NCBI GenBank assembly: GCA_035627595.1
Contig: DASPLK010000002.1
Coordinates: 1,824 to 65,823, forward strand
Reading direction: 5' to 3'
From: Minisyncoccota bacterium
GTDB lineage: Bacteria; Patescibacteriota; Minisyncoccia; Phycocordibacterales; Phycocordibacteraceae
DNA length: 64,000 nucleotides
Shown: in pieces, positions 1-9,755 of the stretch
Layout of the letters: each line of letters opens with the position of its first letter
How positions within the stretch are numbered: the stretch's first letter is position 1
Position numbers and translations under genes: made by a program
Notes under the pieces: model-generated
Databases searched by the model: none
What the model was told of the DNA's origin: nothing
What the model saw: only the letters and a program-made list of their open reading frames with translations

Positions 1-2
1 AT

Positions 3-1652
3 GTGACGGCGACCGGCAATGTCGGTATCGGTTCGACTTCGCCGCGCTCTACGCTTACCGTTGTCGGTTCGGCCTGCTTCAGCGGCGGTACAGGCTCCAC
101 TGCGCTTTGTGGCACGACCGCAGGTTCTATCTACTACCGCACCGCATCAACCGGCACGTACGACGTCGCCGAGAATTACGTTACGTCCGATCTCAACCTC
201 GAGCCGTCGACCATCGTTGCACTTGATACTACGACCGGCATGACCATCACGACTGCGATGCCAGGCTCTATCCCGCTCGGTATCGTCTCAAGCGATCCGG
301 GTCTCACGCTCGGAGGCGCGGATCCGGAAGCAGACATGTCGGTCATGCGTCCAGTCGCTCTTTCCGGACGCGTACCTGTGAAGGTGTCGACTGCAAATGG
401 TCCGATCATGGTGGGTGATCGCCTTATGCTTTCGACAACAACACCGGGCGTTGCGGTGAAGGCACTTCGAAGCGGCTACACGGTTGGTATCGCACTTGAG
501 TCGTACTCAGGATCGGGCAACGGCACGGTCGAAGCGTTCGTCGAGAATCAGTACTATCTTGCACCAACTGATATCTACTTCGACGGCGCAACCGGCCGTA
601 TCGGTATGGGTACCCAAACCCCGGGCCATGCGCTTCAGGTTGCAGGTGATATCGGCGCTACCGGATTCGTGAACACCTCCACAAAGGCTGCCAAGACCGA
701 TATTACATACGTCACTGATGAAGAGGCGGCTACTATGCTCGAGAAGCTGAAGAATCTTCAAATCGCGCAGTACCACTACAAGATGGAGAGCGGCAGTAAT
801 CCGCTTCGCCTCGGCCTTATCGCAGAGCAGGCTCCGACAGAAGTACTATCCGCAGATGGTAAAGGTGTCGATATCTACAAGCTCGCGACCTTCACCCTTG
901 CGGGTGTCCAGGAGCTCGCTAAGCGCACCGACCTCATCGTCACGCGCCTCGATTCACTTGAGGAGCGTCTCGTGCAGCTTGAGAGCGGCAGTATCACGGT
1001 CGGTACGGGTACACCAAGCTTCTCAACTACGACCTTGGTAGCAGCGCTTAAGAGCTTCGGTGTCATCATCGAGAATGGTTTCGCAAAGTTCCAGACGCTC
1101 GCAGCACTTAAGTTTGTTGCCGCAACTGATGAGAACGGCCAGTCCTCAGCCGGGGAAGGCGAGATCCTTGCAGGCAATACGGTCATCGAGATTGAGAACG
1201 AGTTCGCTGCGCCGAATAGCAAGATCTTCGTTACCTTCACTTCTGCGCTTGAAGGCTCCTGGTTTATCGATGATAAGGAGGAGGGAAGCTTCCGCGTCCG
1301 TCTCTCAGAGGCGCAGGACGAGGATGTCACTTTTGACTACTTCATCGTTCAGACGGATAAGGAAATTGAAGAGGAGCCGGAGGAGGTGCCGGTAGTTGAA
1401 GAAGAGCCAGTTATCGAAGAGCCGCCAGCCACAACGCCACAGGATCCAACCCCAGCCCCAGACGCACCGCCGGTAGTAGTAGATACAAACCCAGCTCCAG
1501 AGCCGACTCCAACACCTGAGCCTGTGGCAGACGAGCCTGTGGTGGTCGATACTGCTCCAGAGCCCCAGCCAGCCCCAGCCCCCGAGCCTCAGCCAGCTCC
1601 GGAGCCAGCTCCAGTACCGTCCCCTGAGCCTGCTGCTCCCGCAGGCGTATAG
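3..1652 (+). CDS. Tail-fiber domain protein with C-terminal peptidase S74-like intramolecular chaperone domain and Pro/Glu-rich tail (5' end truncated by window edge)
   Basis: The ORF runs from the window edge. The segment KAAKTDITYVTDEEAATMLEKLKNLQIAQYHYKMES...RLGLIAEQAPTEVL...KGVDIYKLATFTLAGVQELAKRTDLIVTRLDSLEERL matches the endosialidase/tail-fibre chaperone (peptidase S74) consensus pattern. The C-terminus is a PEPTPTPEP low-complexity tail. Confidence 0.6.
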   Translation: MTATGNVGIGSTSPRSTLTVVGSACFSGGTGSTALCGTTAGSIYYRTASTGTYDVAENYVTSDLNLEPSTIVALDTTTGMTITTAMPGSIPLGIVSSDPGLTLGGADPEADMSVMRPVALSGRVPVKVSTANGPIMVGDRLMLSTTTPGVAVKALRSGYTVGIALESYSGSGNGTVEAFVENQYYLAPTDIYFDGATGRIGMGTQTPGHALQVAGDIGATGFVNTSTKAAKTDITYVTDEEAATMLEKLKNLQIAQYHYKMESGSNPLRLGLIAEQAPTEVLSADGKGVDIYKLATFTLAGVQELAKRTDLIVTRLDSLEERLVQLESGSITVGTGTPSFSTTTLVAALKSFGVIIENGFAKFQTLAALKFVAATDENGQSSAGEGEILAGNTVIEIENEFAAPNSKIFVTFTSALEGSWFIDDKEEGSFRVRLSEAQDEDVTFDYFIVQTDKEIEEEPEEVPVVEEEPVIEEPPATTPQDPTPAPDAPPVVVDTNPAPEPTPTPEPVADEPVVVDTAPEPQPAPAPEPQPAPEPAPVPSPEPAAPAGV

Positions 1653-1664
1653 TATTCCTTATAT

Positions 1665-2612
1665 ATGTTTATTTCCCGGACAATCAGCCAGACCCCAAAA
1701 ATCCTAGTAGCTCTTTTGCTCCTACTTGGCATATCGCAGTACACACTTATGCCAATTCGGACGGACGCGGCTATAACCAAGCGGGTATACCTAACGAGTG
1801 GTACATCTTGGACAGTGCCCGCCGATTGGACTTCAACAGGAAGCACCATTGAAGCAATCGGCGGCGGCATGCCTGGAAGCGACGGCGGACGCTTCACCGG
1901 TGGAATCGGCGGCGGCGGCGGCTCATATGCCAAGATTAGCAACCTGTCACTTACGGCAGGCGCATCAGTCTCATACCGAGTTAGTGCGGCCGGGGATACT
2001 GTTTTCAATAGCACTGCGACATTCTGTTCAGGTTCGCCCACCCCGTCTGTTTGCGCCTCATCAGGTGCAGGATCGTCAGCAACCTCTATAGGTACGGTTA
2101 AGTACAGCGGCGGTGGCGGCGGTAATAGTACGAGTCACGGCGGCGGCGGCGGCGGTGCTGCGGGACCGGGAGGGGCGGGAGATATTGGTGGTGACGGTGA
2201 TCTTGGCGGCGGCATTGGCGGCAGTGGCGGCGCCTTCAGTGGCGGCGCCGGCGGCAGTGGTGGTTCTTTTGAAGGAGACGGGGGTTGGGATGGTGGCCAG
2301 GGAACGGAATATGACGATATTCCCGGGCATGGCTCTGGTGGTGGTGGTGGTGGTGGTGCCTCAGCCGCATCTTTTGACTTGGTACCCGGCGGTTGGGGAG
2401 GAGGAGGAGGCTACTATGGCGGCGGCGGCGGTGGTGGCGGCGGTGGTGGTGGTGACCCAAACACATTTATGAGGGGCACGGGTGGCAACGGTGCACCAGG
2501 ACTCATCGTCATTACATACGAATCGACCGATACGGGAAGCACCTCCCAAGCAAAGGTAAAGGTACTCGGCGGAAAGGTGCAAATAGTGGGCGGCAGGGTT
2601 GTAATCCAATAA
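1665..2612 (+). CDS. Glycine-rich secreted hypothetical protein
   Basis: N-terminal hydrophobic signal peptide (KILVALLLLLGISQ), followed by long poly-Gly/Gly-Ser runs. It starts 12 nt after the upstream tail-fibre gene. The alternative-frame ORFs rich in His or Ala are artefacts of the GGN repeats. Confidence 0.5.
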   Translation: MFISRTISQTPKILVALLLLLGISQYTLMPIRTDAAITKRVYLTSGTSWTVPADWTSTGSTIEAIGGGMPGSDGGRFTGGIGGGGGSYAKISNLSLTAGASVSYRVSAAGDTVFNSTATFCSGSPTPSVCASSGAGSSATSIGTVKYSGGGGGNSTSHGGGGGGAAGPGGAGDIGGDGDLGGGIGGSGGAFSGGAGGSGGSFEGDGGWDGGQGTEYDDIPGHGSGGGGGGGASAASFDLVPGGWGGGGGYYGGGGGGGGGGGGDPNTFMRGTGGNGAPGLIVITYESTDTGSTSQAKVKVLGGKVQIVGGRVVIQ

Positions 2613-2637
2613 TAGGTGCGTGATAGAATTCCTTCAT

Positions 2638-3648
2638 ATGACACCCGTACGAATTGCCATTAATGGCTTTGGCCGCATTGGCCGCGCATTTGTCCGCCGC
2701 TCTTGGAACCGACCGGAGATTGAGATAGTCGCCGTAAATGATCTAGGTTCCCTGGAGAATCTTGCGTACCTACTGAAGTACGACACCGTGTACGGTCGAG
2801 CCCCTTTTGCTGTAGATATCAGGGACGGCAACCTCGTCATAAATGGGAAGGAAGTTCGCTTTATATCTGAAAAGGATCCTGCTGCGCTTCCGTGGGGTGA
2901 TCTTGGCGTAGATGTTGTTATCGAATCGACGGGAGTCTTTGATGATTTCGAGAAGGCACAGGCGCACGTACAAGCAGGTGCAAAACGCGTGGTTATCTCC
3001 GCACCTGCAAAGGGCGATATCGGCGGCGAGACTGTACTTATGGGTGTGAACGAAGAAAAGCTTAAGTCGTGCGCGGTATCCTCCAACGCATCATGCACAA
3101 CAAACGCATCTTCGCCGGTTATTGCTATTCTCGATGAGACGATTGGCATTGATTACGCCATTCTCTCTACAACGCACGCGTACACGGCGACACAGTCCAT
3201 AGTCGACAGTCCCGTGAAGGGAAGCGACCTGCGTCGCGGACGCGCCGCAGCGCAGAACATTGTTCCATCCTCGACCGGCGCCGCTATCGCAGTCGGTAAG
3301 GCGTACACGAATCTCGATGGCAGGTTCGATGGCGTATCACTACGTGTCCCGGTCCCGGCAGGCTCCATTGCGGACATAACCTTCGTTGCAAAGCGCGATA
3401 CGACTGCAGAGGAGGTGAACCAGCTCCTACGTACAGCTTCAAAGGAAGCACGTTGGGAAGGGATCTTTCGTGCTAGCGATGATCCGCTCGTGTCCTCAGA
3501 TATTGTCGGCGAGCCGTATGCATCTATTGCAGAACTCTCTATGACACGTGTCGTCGGTCCGCGTCTCGTGAAAGTCATGGCGTGGTACGACAACGAAATG
3601 GGGTATACCGAATCGCTCGTTCGCCACGCGATCAAAGCGGGGTCTTAG
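2638..3648 (+). CDS. gap: Glyceraldehyde-3-phosphate dehydrogenase
   Basis: VRIAINGFGRIGR Rossmann motif and SNASCTTN active-site motif. Full-length similarity pattern to type I GAPDH. Start chosen at MTPVRIAING. Confidence 0.9.
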   Translation: MTPVRIAINGFGRIGRAFVRRSWNRPEIEIVAVNDLGSLENLAYLLKYDTVYGRAPFAVDIRDGNLVINGKEVRFISEKDPAALPWGDLGVDVVIESTGVFDDFEKAQAHVQAGAKRVVISAPAKGDIGGETVLMGVNEEKLKSCAVSSNASCTTNASSPVIAILDETIGIDYAILSTTHAYTATQSIVDSPVKGSDLRRGRAAAQNIVPSSTGAAIAVGKAYTNLDGRFDGVSLRVPVPAGSIADITFVAKRDTTAEEVNQLLRTASKEARWEGIFRASDDPLVSSDIVGEPYASIAELSMTRVVGPRLVKVMAWYDNEMGYTESLVRHAIKAGS

Positions 3649-3654
3649 ATATAC

Positions 3655-4632
3655 ATGCCCACTGACCTCAAGAGTCGCGTCATACTCCTCGCTGCTTGCA
3701 TCGTGAGCTTCGGGGCAGGGTATGGCATTACGTTCTTGAGTGGAGGCAATCTTTCTACGGGTGAGCGAGAGCTTCGCGATACCGGACACTACGCGTATAT
3801 TAGTCCGCTACTAGAGTGTAGCGATACCAATATACTTCTACCCCAAGAAGTCCGTGAAGCAGAGCAGGATGTGCGGGAAATTATCGAGCGGCATAAAAAG
3901 GGCGGCAATCTATCGATTGCCGCCGTATATTTCCGCGACTTAAATAATGGACCATGGTTCGGCGTGAATGTAGATACGCTCTTTGTGCCGGGAAGCCTGC
4001 TTAAAGTGCCGATGATGATCTCATATCTCAAGATCCTCGAACAGGACCCATCATTGGCAGAGCAGGAGATTCTATATGAGCAAAAGATGTCGGCCGCTAT
4101 TCAGAACGTGGCCGTCGCTGACCCGCTCACATTAGGAGAGCGATATAGTCCAGACGAGCTTCTAAGGCGCATGATCACACAGTCGGATAATGAGTCTGCG
4201 TATCTTCTATACTCACTCCTAGGCGATGAACGCGTGGGTGAGGTGTATACCGAGCTTGGACTCGGCGCGCCATTTACTGGCCAAGACTACAATATCCGGG
4301 TACGCGATTACGCGACTTTCTTCCGCATCCTCTACAACGCGACGTACCTCTCACCAGAGAGTTCAGAGCGTGCACTTGAGCTATTGGTGCAAACGGATTT
4401 CGACAAAGGCATCGCCGCCGGGATTCCAGCAAATATTCCAGTCGCAAACAAGTTTGGTGAACGCAACTACGTAGGCACGAGTGAGACACAGCTGCATGAT
4501 TGCGGCATCGTTTACGCAAAGGAGCGTCCATACTCACTTTGCGTCATGACACGAGGTACAGACATCGACGCGCTTTCTAATGTGATACGTGAGATATCTA
4601 GCACGGTATACGCACGCATAAATTCTAAATAA
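3655..4632 (+). CDS. Class A beta-lactamase-related serine hydrolase (membrane-anchored/secreted)
   Basis: N-terminal TM/signal. VPMMISYLK resembles the FPMMSTFK SxxK active-site block. An SDN motif (ITQSDNESAYLL) is present. KFG stands in place of KTG. Confidence 0.55.
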   Translation: MPTDLKSRVILLAACIVSFGAGYGITFLSGGNLSTGERELRDTGHYAYISPLLECSDTNILLPQEVREAEQDVREIIERHKKGGNLSIAAVYFRDLNNGPWFGVNVDTLFVPGSLLKVPMMISYLKILEQDPSLAEQEILYEQKMSAAIQNVAVADPLTLGERYSPDELLRRMITQSDNESAYLLYSLLGDERVGEVYTELGLGAPFTGQDYNIRVRDYATFFRILYNATYLSPESSERALELLVQTDFDKGIAAGIPANIPVANKFGERNYVGTSETQLHDCGIVYAKERPYSLCVMTRGTDIDALSNVIREISSTVYARINSK

Positions 4633-4634
4633 AT

Positions 4635-5117
4635 ATGAATCTATATATTGCATCAGATCATACGGGACTAGAACTAAAGTCTCTTCTTGTGCAAGAACTT
4701 ACGGCTGTCGGCCACTCTGTGCATGATTTAGGCGCGAATTCGTATGATGCGAACGACGATTATCCTGATTATGTAACACCGTGCGCGGAACGTGTCGCCG
4801 CAGAACCTGACGCGCTCGGTATTATTATCGGCGGTAGCGGGCACGGAGAAGCAATGGCAGCAAACCGCGTGAAGGGAGCGCGCGCTGTTTCGTTTTATGG
4901 ACCGCGACAAACGCTCGATGCACTAGAGTCTGAAGGCACGACAGGTACAGATGGGTACGATATCGTACGCATTGCACGCATGCATAATGATGCAAACATA
5001 CTATCTTTAGGCGCGCGCTTCGTGCGCATTGAAGAGGCGGTTCTCGCCGTCCGTGCATTTGTTGAGACTCCTTTTTCAGGAGAGGGGCGGCACATACGCA
5101 GAATAGGGAAGTTCTAG
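4635..5117 (+). CDS. rpiB: Ribose-5-phosphate isomerase B
   Basis: MNLYIASDHTGLELK start and GIIIGGSGHGEAMAANRVKGARA are typical of the RpiB/LacAB family. Confidence 0.85.
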   Translation: MNLYIASDHTGLELKSLLVQELTAVGHSVHDLGANSYDANDDYPDYVTPCAERVAAEPDALGIIIGGSGHGEAMAANRVKGARAVSFYGPRQTLDALESEGTTGTDGYDIVRIARMHNDANILSLGARFVRIEEAVLAVRAFVETPFSGEGRHIRRIGKF

Positions 5118-5858
5118 GTGCTATACTTGAGTGATATGGGGGTCATCGTACCCGCAATCCTTCCAACATCGCGAGAAGACCTCGAGGGCAAGCTCGCGCT
5201 CTTAAACGGTATCGTTGATTCCGTGCAAATTGATGTTGTTGATGGTACGTTTGCCAGCCCTCCCACCTGGCCGTATGTAAATCGAAGCGGAGAATTTGCG
5301 CAGCGCTTAGAGGATGGAGACGCGCTCCCGTATCTCGGGAGCATGCACTATGAGATAGACCTCATGGTCCAGGACGTAGAAGAGGTGATTGGACTTTGGA
5401 TAGCGGCGGGCGCACAACGGCTTGTGGTACACGCAGAAAGCACAGAGCACCTTTCAGGCATCATTCGCGAGCTAGAAGTGAAGTATGGGCACTCAAAGGA
5501 TTTTGCTCCCGGGCTCCTATCGCTTGGGCTAGCTATAGGGAACGACAGCGACCTGTCTCTCATCGAGCCGTACACTGACCGCATCGACTACGTGCAGTTC
5601 ATGGGTATCGCTTCGATCGGGAAGCAGGGACAGCCATTTGATGCGCGTGTGCTTGAAAAGATTGCTGCGTTTAGGCAGAAACATCCGGACATGAGCATAC
5701 AAGTTGATGGGGCGGTATCACTAGAAACCGCGCCACAACTCCTTATCGCAGGTGTGGATCGGCTAGTCATTGGGTCTGGTCTCTGGAAATCCCACGACCT
5801 GAAAGAAGAAATTGAGCGGTTTAAGAATCTTGTCCACGAACACGGCCTATACAGCTAA
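5118..5858 (+). CDS. rpe: Ribulose-phosphate 3-epimerase-like (divergent)
   Basis: GTG start abutting the rpiB stop. Blocks IVPAILPTS, IDVVDG, EIDLMV, VDGAV and LVIGSGLW align to the RPE TIM-barrel blocks. The gene sits in a pentose-phosphate cluster. Confidence 0.55.
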   Translation: MLYLSDMGVIVPAILPTSREDLEGKLALLNGIVDSVQIDVVDGTFASPPTWPYVNRSGEFAQRLEDGDALPYLGSMHYEIDLMVQDVEEVIGLWIAAGAQRLVVHAESTEHLSGIIRELEVKYGHSKDFAPGLLSLGLAIGNDSDLSLIEPYTDRIDYVQFMGIASIGKQGQPFDARVLEKIAAFRQKHPDMSIQVDGAVSLETAPQLLIAGVDRLVIGSGLWKSHDLKEEIERFKNLVHEHGLYS

Positions 5859-5881
5859 GGTCGCATGCTAGGGTGTAGATA

Positions 5882-6379
5882 ATGGTTTCTTCTCGTTCGC
5901 GCGGATTTACGCTCATTGAACTCCTCATCGTTATTGCCATCATCGGCATCCTCTCTTCGACGGTGCTTGTGTCGCTCAATAGTGCACGCGCCAAGGCTCG
6001 CGACGCCCGTCGACTAAGCGACCTCAATCAGGTGCGTACAGCGCTCGAGCTTTATTACTTTGATAACGGGTCATATCCCGTACGGGCAAACTGGATAGGG
6101 ACAACGCCCGGGTGCTATAGCGGTCCTGCAGATCCTAAAACGGCAATCCCGGGACTCGTCCCGAAATACCTGCCTTCAATGCCGCAAGATCCGAAGCCAA
6201 CAGGAACTAGCTACTGCTATTTATACAGATCAGATGGAAAGGACTATAAGTTTATGGCGTACAACTCGGCTGAAACACGCACGCCTGCACCAGGCCAGCC
6301 AAACGCGCGCTACCGTTCTGGCTGCGGAAGTGCACAGAGAACTTTTGCGGTGTACTCCGAAGGGTATGGTTGCATGTAA
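5882..6379 (+). CDS. Type IV pilin-like / pseudopilin with class III (prepilin) signal peptide
   Basis: MVSSRSRG|[25 protein letters not shown] prepilin peptidase motif, followed by the conserved [25 protein letters not shown] block. Confidence 0.85.
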   Translation: MVSSRSRGFTLIELLIVIAIIGILSSTVLVSLNSARAKARDARRLSDLNQVRTALELYYFDNGSYPVRANWIGTTPGCYSGPADPKTAIPGLVPKYLPSMPQDPKPTGTSYCYLYRSDGKDYKFMAYNSAETRTPAPGQPNARYRSGCGSAQRTFAVYSEGYGCM

Positions 6380-6450
6380 GGCACCGCAAGCAATGCATAA
6401 TAAGCTTCACTAACAGCAGTGGGTACGCAAGACATGCTATCTTTTCTATA

Positions 6451-7308
6451 ATGGCGCTCACCGATACTGACATAGCAAATCTTGAAGCGAAGGCACGTGA
6501 TGTGCGCGCGACCATTATAGAAATGCTCGTCGCTGCAGGCTCTGGCCATACCGCTGGACCTCTTGGGATGGCAGACATTTTTACCGCGTTCTATTTCCAT
6601 ATTCTGAAGCACGATCCGAAGAACCCTGACTGGGAAGAGCGCGATCGCCTCATACTGAGTAACGGACACATCGTGCCGGTCCGCTATAGTGCTATGGCGC
6701 ATGCAGGGTACTTTCCCGTAGAAGAATGCCTGACACTTCGCAAGTTCGGCTCCAGGCTCCAGGGACACCCGGAACGCGACCGTCTGCCGGGACTTGAGAC
6801 GACCTCGGGACCTTTGGGTTCCGGGCTCTCCCAGTCAGCAGGCATGGCATACGCATTTAAGATGGATGGAAAGAAGAATCGCGTGTACTGCCTCATGTCA
6901 GACGGTGAGCAGAATGCGGGAAATATTTGGGAAGCAGTACTGTGGGCAGGGAAGTATAAGCTCCACAATCTGACCGCGTTCATTGACCGCAACAATATAC
7001 AGATAGACGGCATGACCGAGGACATCATGCCGTTGGAGCCACTTGCCGATAAGTATCGCGCATTCAACTGGCACGTTATTGAAGTGGACGGACACAACAT
7101 GGAAGAGATCATCGACGCGGTTGATCACGCCCGTGCCATTGTCGAGAAGCCTACGCTAGTCATCGCACACACAATCCCTGGGAAGGGCGTACCGGAGATA
7201 GAGTACGACTACAGGTGGCATGGAAAGCCGCCCTCAAAAGAGGAGGCAGAGCAGTTCATTAAAGTGATCCGCTCAATGGGTGGAAAAGTTCCCAACGAAT
7301 ACGCGTAA
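6451..7308 (+). CDS. tkt: Transketolase, N-terminal (TPP-binding) subunit
   Basis: GSGHTAGPLGMADIFTAFYF...SNGH motifs. Start chosen at MALTDTD, inside the longer ORF that begins at 6370. Confidence 0.85.
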   Translation: MALTDTDIANLEAKARDVRATIIEMLVAAGSGHTAGPLGMADIFTAFYFHILKHDPKNPDWEERDRLILSNGHIVPVRYSAMAHAGYFPVEECLTLRKFGSRLQGHPERDRLPGLETTSGPLGSGLSQSAGMAYAFKMDGKKNRVYCLMSDGEQNAGNIWEAVLWAGKYKLHNLTAFIDRNNIQIDGMTEDIMPLEPLADKYRAFNWHVIEVDGHNMEEIIDAVDHARAIVEKPTLVIAHTIPGKGVPEIEYDYRWHGKPPSKEEAEQFIKVIRSMGGKVPNEYA

Positions 7309-7309
7309 C

Positions 7310-7696
7310 ATGAAGCACATCCAAGATGACATTCGTGCATACCTGACAGAGCGCAACTGGAACAACCTCCGTCCCGGCGACATCGCCAAATCTATTTCCA
7401 TAGAAGCGGCAGAGCTACTGGAGGTATTTCAGTGGGAGAATCCTGAGCTTGATGCGGTTAAAGCTGATTCTGAAAAGCTCGCGGAGATTCGGAACGAACT
7501 GGCCGACGTATTCATATACTGCCTTGATATGGCCACGCTCCTAGATCTTGATGCAGAATCAATTGTCCGCGAGAAGCTCGAGAAGGTTAAGTCGAAGTAT
7601 CCTGCTGAGCTATTCCAGGGAGTACAGAATAGTCCAGGTACAGAGGATATATATATGAAGATAAAGCAGGCGCATCGTAACCAAGGAAACGCATGA
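7310..7696 (+). CDS. MazG-like nucleotide pyrophosphohydrolase
   Basis: EAAELLEVFQW...EIRNELADVFIYCLDMA is the MazG/dCTPase-like helical signature. ATG lies 2 nt after the tktN stop. Confidence 0.65.
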   Translation: MKHIQDDIRAYLTERNWNNLRPGDIAKSISIEAAELLEVFQWENPELDAVKADSEKLAEIRNELADVFIYCLDMATLLDLDAESIVREKLEKVKSKYPAELFQGVQNSPGTEDIYMKIKQAHRNQGNA

Positions 7697-8682
7697 TTAA
7701 CAAAGAACTCAAGCTTGCAGAGAACCTCTTCGATACGAAGATCGAAAAGAAGCCGACTCGCGACGGTTTCGGTAAGGGTACGGTTGAGGCGGGAAGAGAG
7801 AGCGAGAACATTGTTGTACTGTGTGCCGATCTTGCAGAGAGTACGCGCGCAGAATGGTTTCAAAAGGAGTTCCCGACGCGCTTTATCGAAGTAGGAGTCG
7901 CCGAGCAGAACCTAGCAGCGCTCGCCGCTGGATTTGCAGCTGCAGGCAAGGTGCCGTTCATCGCAAGCTACGCGGCGTTTAGTCCAGGCCGTAACTATGA
8001 GCAGATCCGCACCACCGCAGCCCTCAACCAGCAGCCCGTGAAGATTGCGGGCATGCATGCGGGAGTATCAGTAGGCCCTGATGGAGCGACACACCAGATG
8101 CTCGAGGACATCGGCCTTATGCGCATGTTGCCAAACATGACGGTCATCGTGCCTTCAGATGCAGAGGAGGCAAGGAAAGCAGTTGTCGCCGCAGCAAAGA
8201 CGCCGCTTCCGGTATACTTACGCTTTGGTCGCTCAGCGGTCCCGGTGTATACAACGCCTGAGACGCCATTTTCAATAGGAAAGGCAAACGTGCTCTGGGA
8301 GAGTGAAAAGCCAAAGGTTGCACTTATGGCGACCGGCAGTATGGCGTACAACGCTCTCCTTGCTGCACGCGCTCTTGAAGCAGACGGCATAGGTTCCATT
8401 GTGCTTTCCGTACACACGGTAAAGCCGCTTGATGAGGAGGTGATTGTACGCGCAGCGACGCGTGCAGGTCGCGTCATAACTATTGAAGAACATCAAGCTG
8501 CGGGAGGTTTTGGTAGCGCAGTGGCGGAGTGCCTATCAGAAAAACATCCAGTACCTGTTGTGCGTATGGGACTTCAGGACGAGTTCGGTCAAACGGGCGA
8601 GCCAGACGAACTCATTCACTACTACAAGCTAGACGCGCCTGCGATAGTGGGAGTCGCGCGACGACTGCTCGGTAGAGAATAA
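7693..8682 (+). CDS. tkt: Transketolase, C-terminal (pyrimidine-binding) subunit
   Basis: FGKGTVEAG...GVAEQNLAALAAGFAAAGKVPFIASYAAFSPGRNYEQIR...HAGVSVGPDGATHQ motifs. Confidence 0.85.
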   Translation: MINKELKLAENLFDTKIEKKPTRDGFGKGTVEAGRESENIVVLCADLAESTRAEWFQKEFPTRFIEVGVAEQNLAALAAGFAAAGKVPFIASYAAFSPGRNYEQIRTTAALNQQPVKIAGMHAGVSVGPDGATHQMLEDIGLMRMLPNMTVIVPSDAEEARKAVVAAAKTPLPVYLRFGRSAVPVYTTPETPFSIGKANVLWESEKPKVALMATGSMAYNALLAARALEADGIGSIVLSVHTVKPLDEEVIVRAATRAGRVITIEEHQAAGGFGSAVAECLSEKHPVPVVRMGLQDEFGQTGEPDELIHYYKLDAPAIVGVARRLLGRE

Positions 8683-8683
8683 G

Positions 8684-8710
8684 AAAAGAGCCCTCATGGA
8701 GGGCTCTTTT
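8684..8710. terminator. Bidirectional hairpin terminator between convergent tktC and PfkB kinase genes
   Basis: aaaagagccctc-atg-gagggctctttt, a perfect 12-bp stem flanked by A/T runs. Confidence 0.6.
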
Positions 8711-8711
8711 C

Positions 8712-9707
8712 TTATAACGAGGTTACCAGATACTCTGCGGGAGCGCGCTGTAAGTATTCCTCAAGCTTTGCACGCGTAAGGAGTCCTGCCTGTGCGCCCA
8801 CCTCTTGCACCACGGACATGGAGTTAACCGGTCCCCAGAGAAGTGCATCTGAGAAGGGTAGTCCCATCGTGATTGCGGCGGTTATGGTCGACGCAAACGC
8901 ATCGCCTGCACCTGTGCGCTCGAACGGTGCGCGGTCGTCCGGATACATAGGGACACGGTATGTGCGCTCGCCGTCAAACGCATATGCACCCTCGCGGCCA
9001 TCGGTGATGATGACATGCTTTGGTCCAAGCGCCCGTAGCGCCTCAAGGAGTGCGTTTATCTCCTGCCCCGAAGGAAGCTTTAGAATACGCTCTGCCTCTT
9101 CCTTGTTCACGACAAGAAGATCGGCCCTCCTATATATAGGAGTGAGCTTCTCGACACCCATGTTCATCTGGAACGTTCCAGGCTGGAATGTGAAAAAGAT
9201 AGCCGGATGCTCGTTGAGGTATGCGGCCATATCCGCGTAGTACTGCTCGCCGGCCTCTCCTAGGGAGGAAAGGTATACGGTCTTAGGCGCAGGAAGATCC
9301 ATAGGGAAGACATAGTCGTACGGCTCGGGCTTCACAAGGATCGTCCGCTCGCTCTCATAGGAGAGAACGTAATGATGGTTCGTTGACTTGCCGGGAGCGC
9401 GAGTAATAAGTGCGGTCGAAAGCCTCTCCTTATCGAAGTGTTCCATAACCGCTTCGCCATCGCGATCATCTCCGACGGTTGCCATAAGTGCTGCATTAAG
9501 GCCAAGGCGCGCAGCTGACACGGCTGCGTTGGCGGAGTTTCCTACACCCGCGACAATCGTAGAGGAGACGAACGGAATCTTATCGCCCCAGCGCATGGAA
9601 ATGGTGCACGCATCAGTATCGACATCGCAGTGCACCTTAGCATCTTTCAAAAGGATGAAGTCGTCGACGACGGTGTCGCCGATGGCAAGGAAATCAAGGT
9701 TTTGCAT
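8712..9707 (-). CDS. PfkB-family carbohydrate kinase (ribokinase-like)
   Basis: N-terminal FLAIGDTVVD and C-terminal TGAGDAF anion-hole motif. Start chosen at MQNLDFL; the ORF extends to 9785. Confidence 0.75.
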   Translation of the reverse strand: MQNLDFLAIGDTVVDDFILLKDAKVHCDVDTDACTISMRWGDKIPFVSSTIVAGVGNSANAAVSAARLGLNAALMATVGDDRDGEAVMEHFDKERLSTALITRAPGKSTNHHYVLSYESERTILVKPEPYDYVFPMDLPAPKTVYLSSLGEAGEQYYADMAAYLNEHPAIFFTFQPGTFQMNMGVEKLTPIYRRADLLVVNKEEAERILKLPSGQEINALLEALRALGPKHVIITDGREGAYAFDGERTYRVPMYPDDRAPFERTGAGDAFASTITAAITMGLPFSDALLWGPVNSMSVVQEVGAQAGLLTRAKLEEYLQRAPAEYLVTSL

Positions 9708-9755
9708 GGCAAAAGTGTAGCATGTGCATATCCGTCGCATGCTACACTCCCGGTA

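Noticed and set aside
2076-2644. Several ORFs encoding poly-His, poly-Ala or poly-Pro peptides on both strands
   Set aside because: They are alternative-frame or antisense artefacts of the GGN repeats in the glycine-rich gene 1665..2612.
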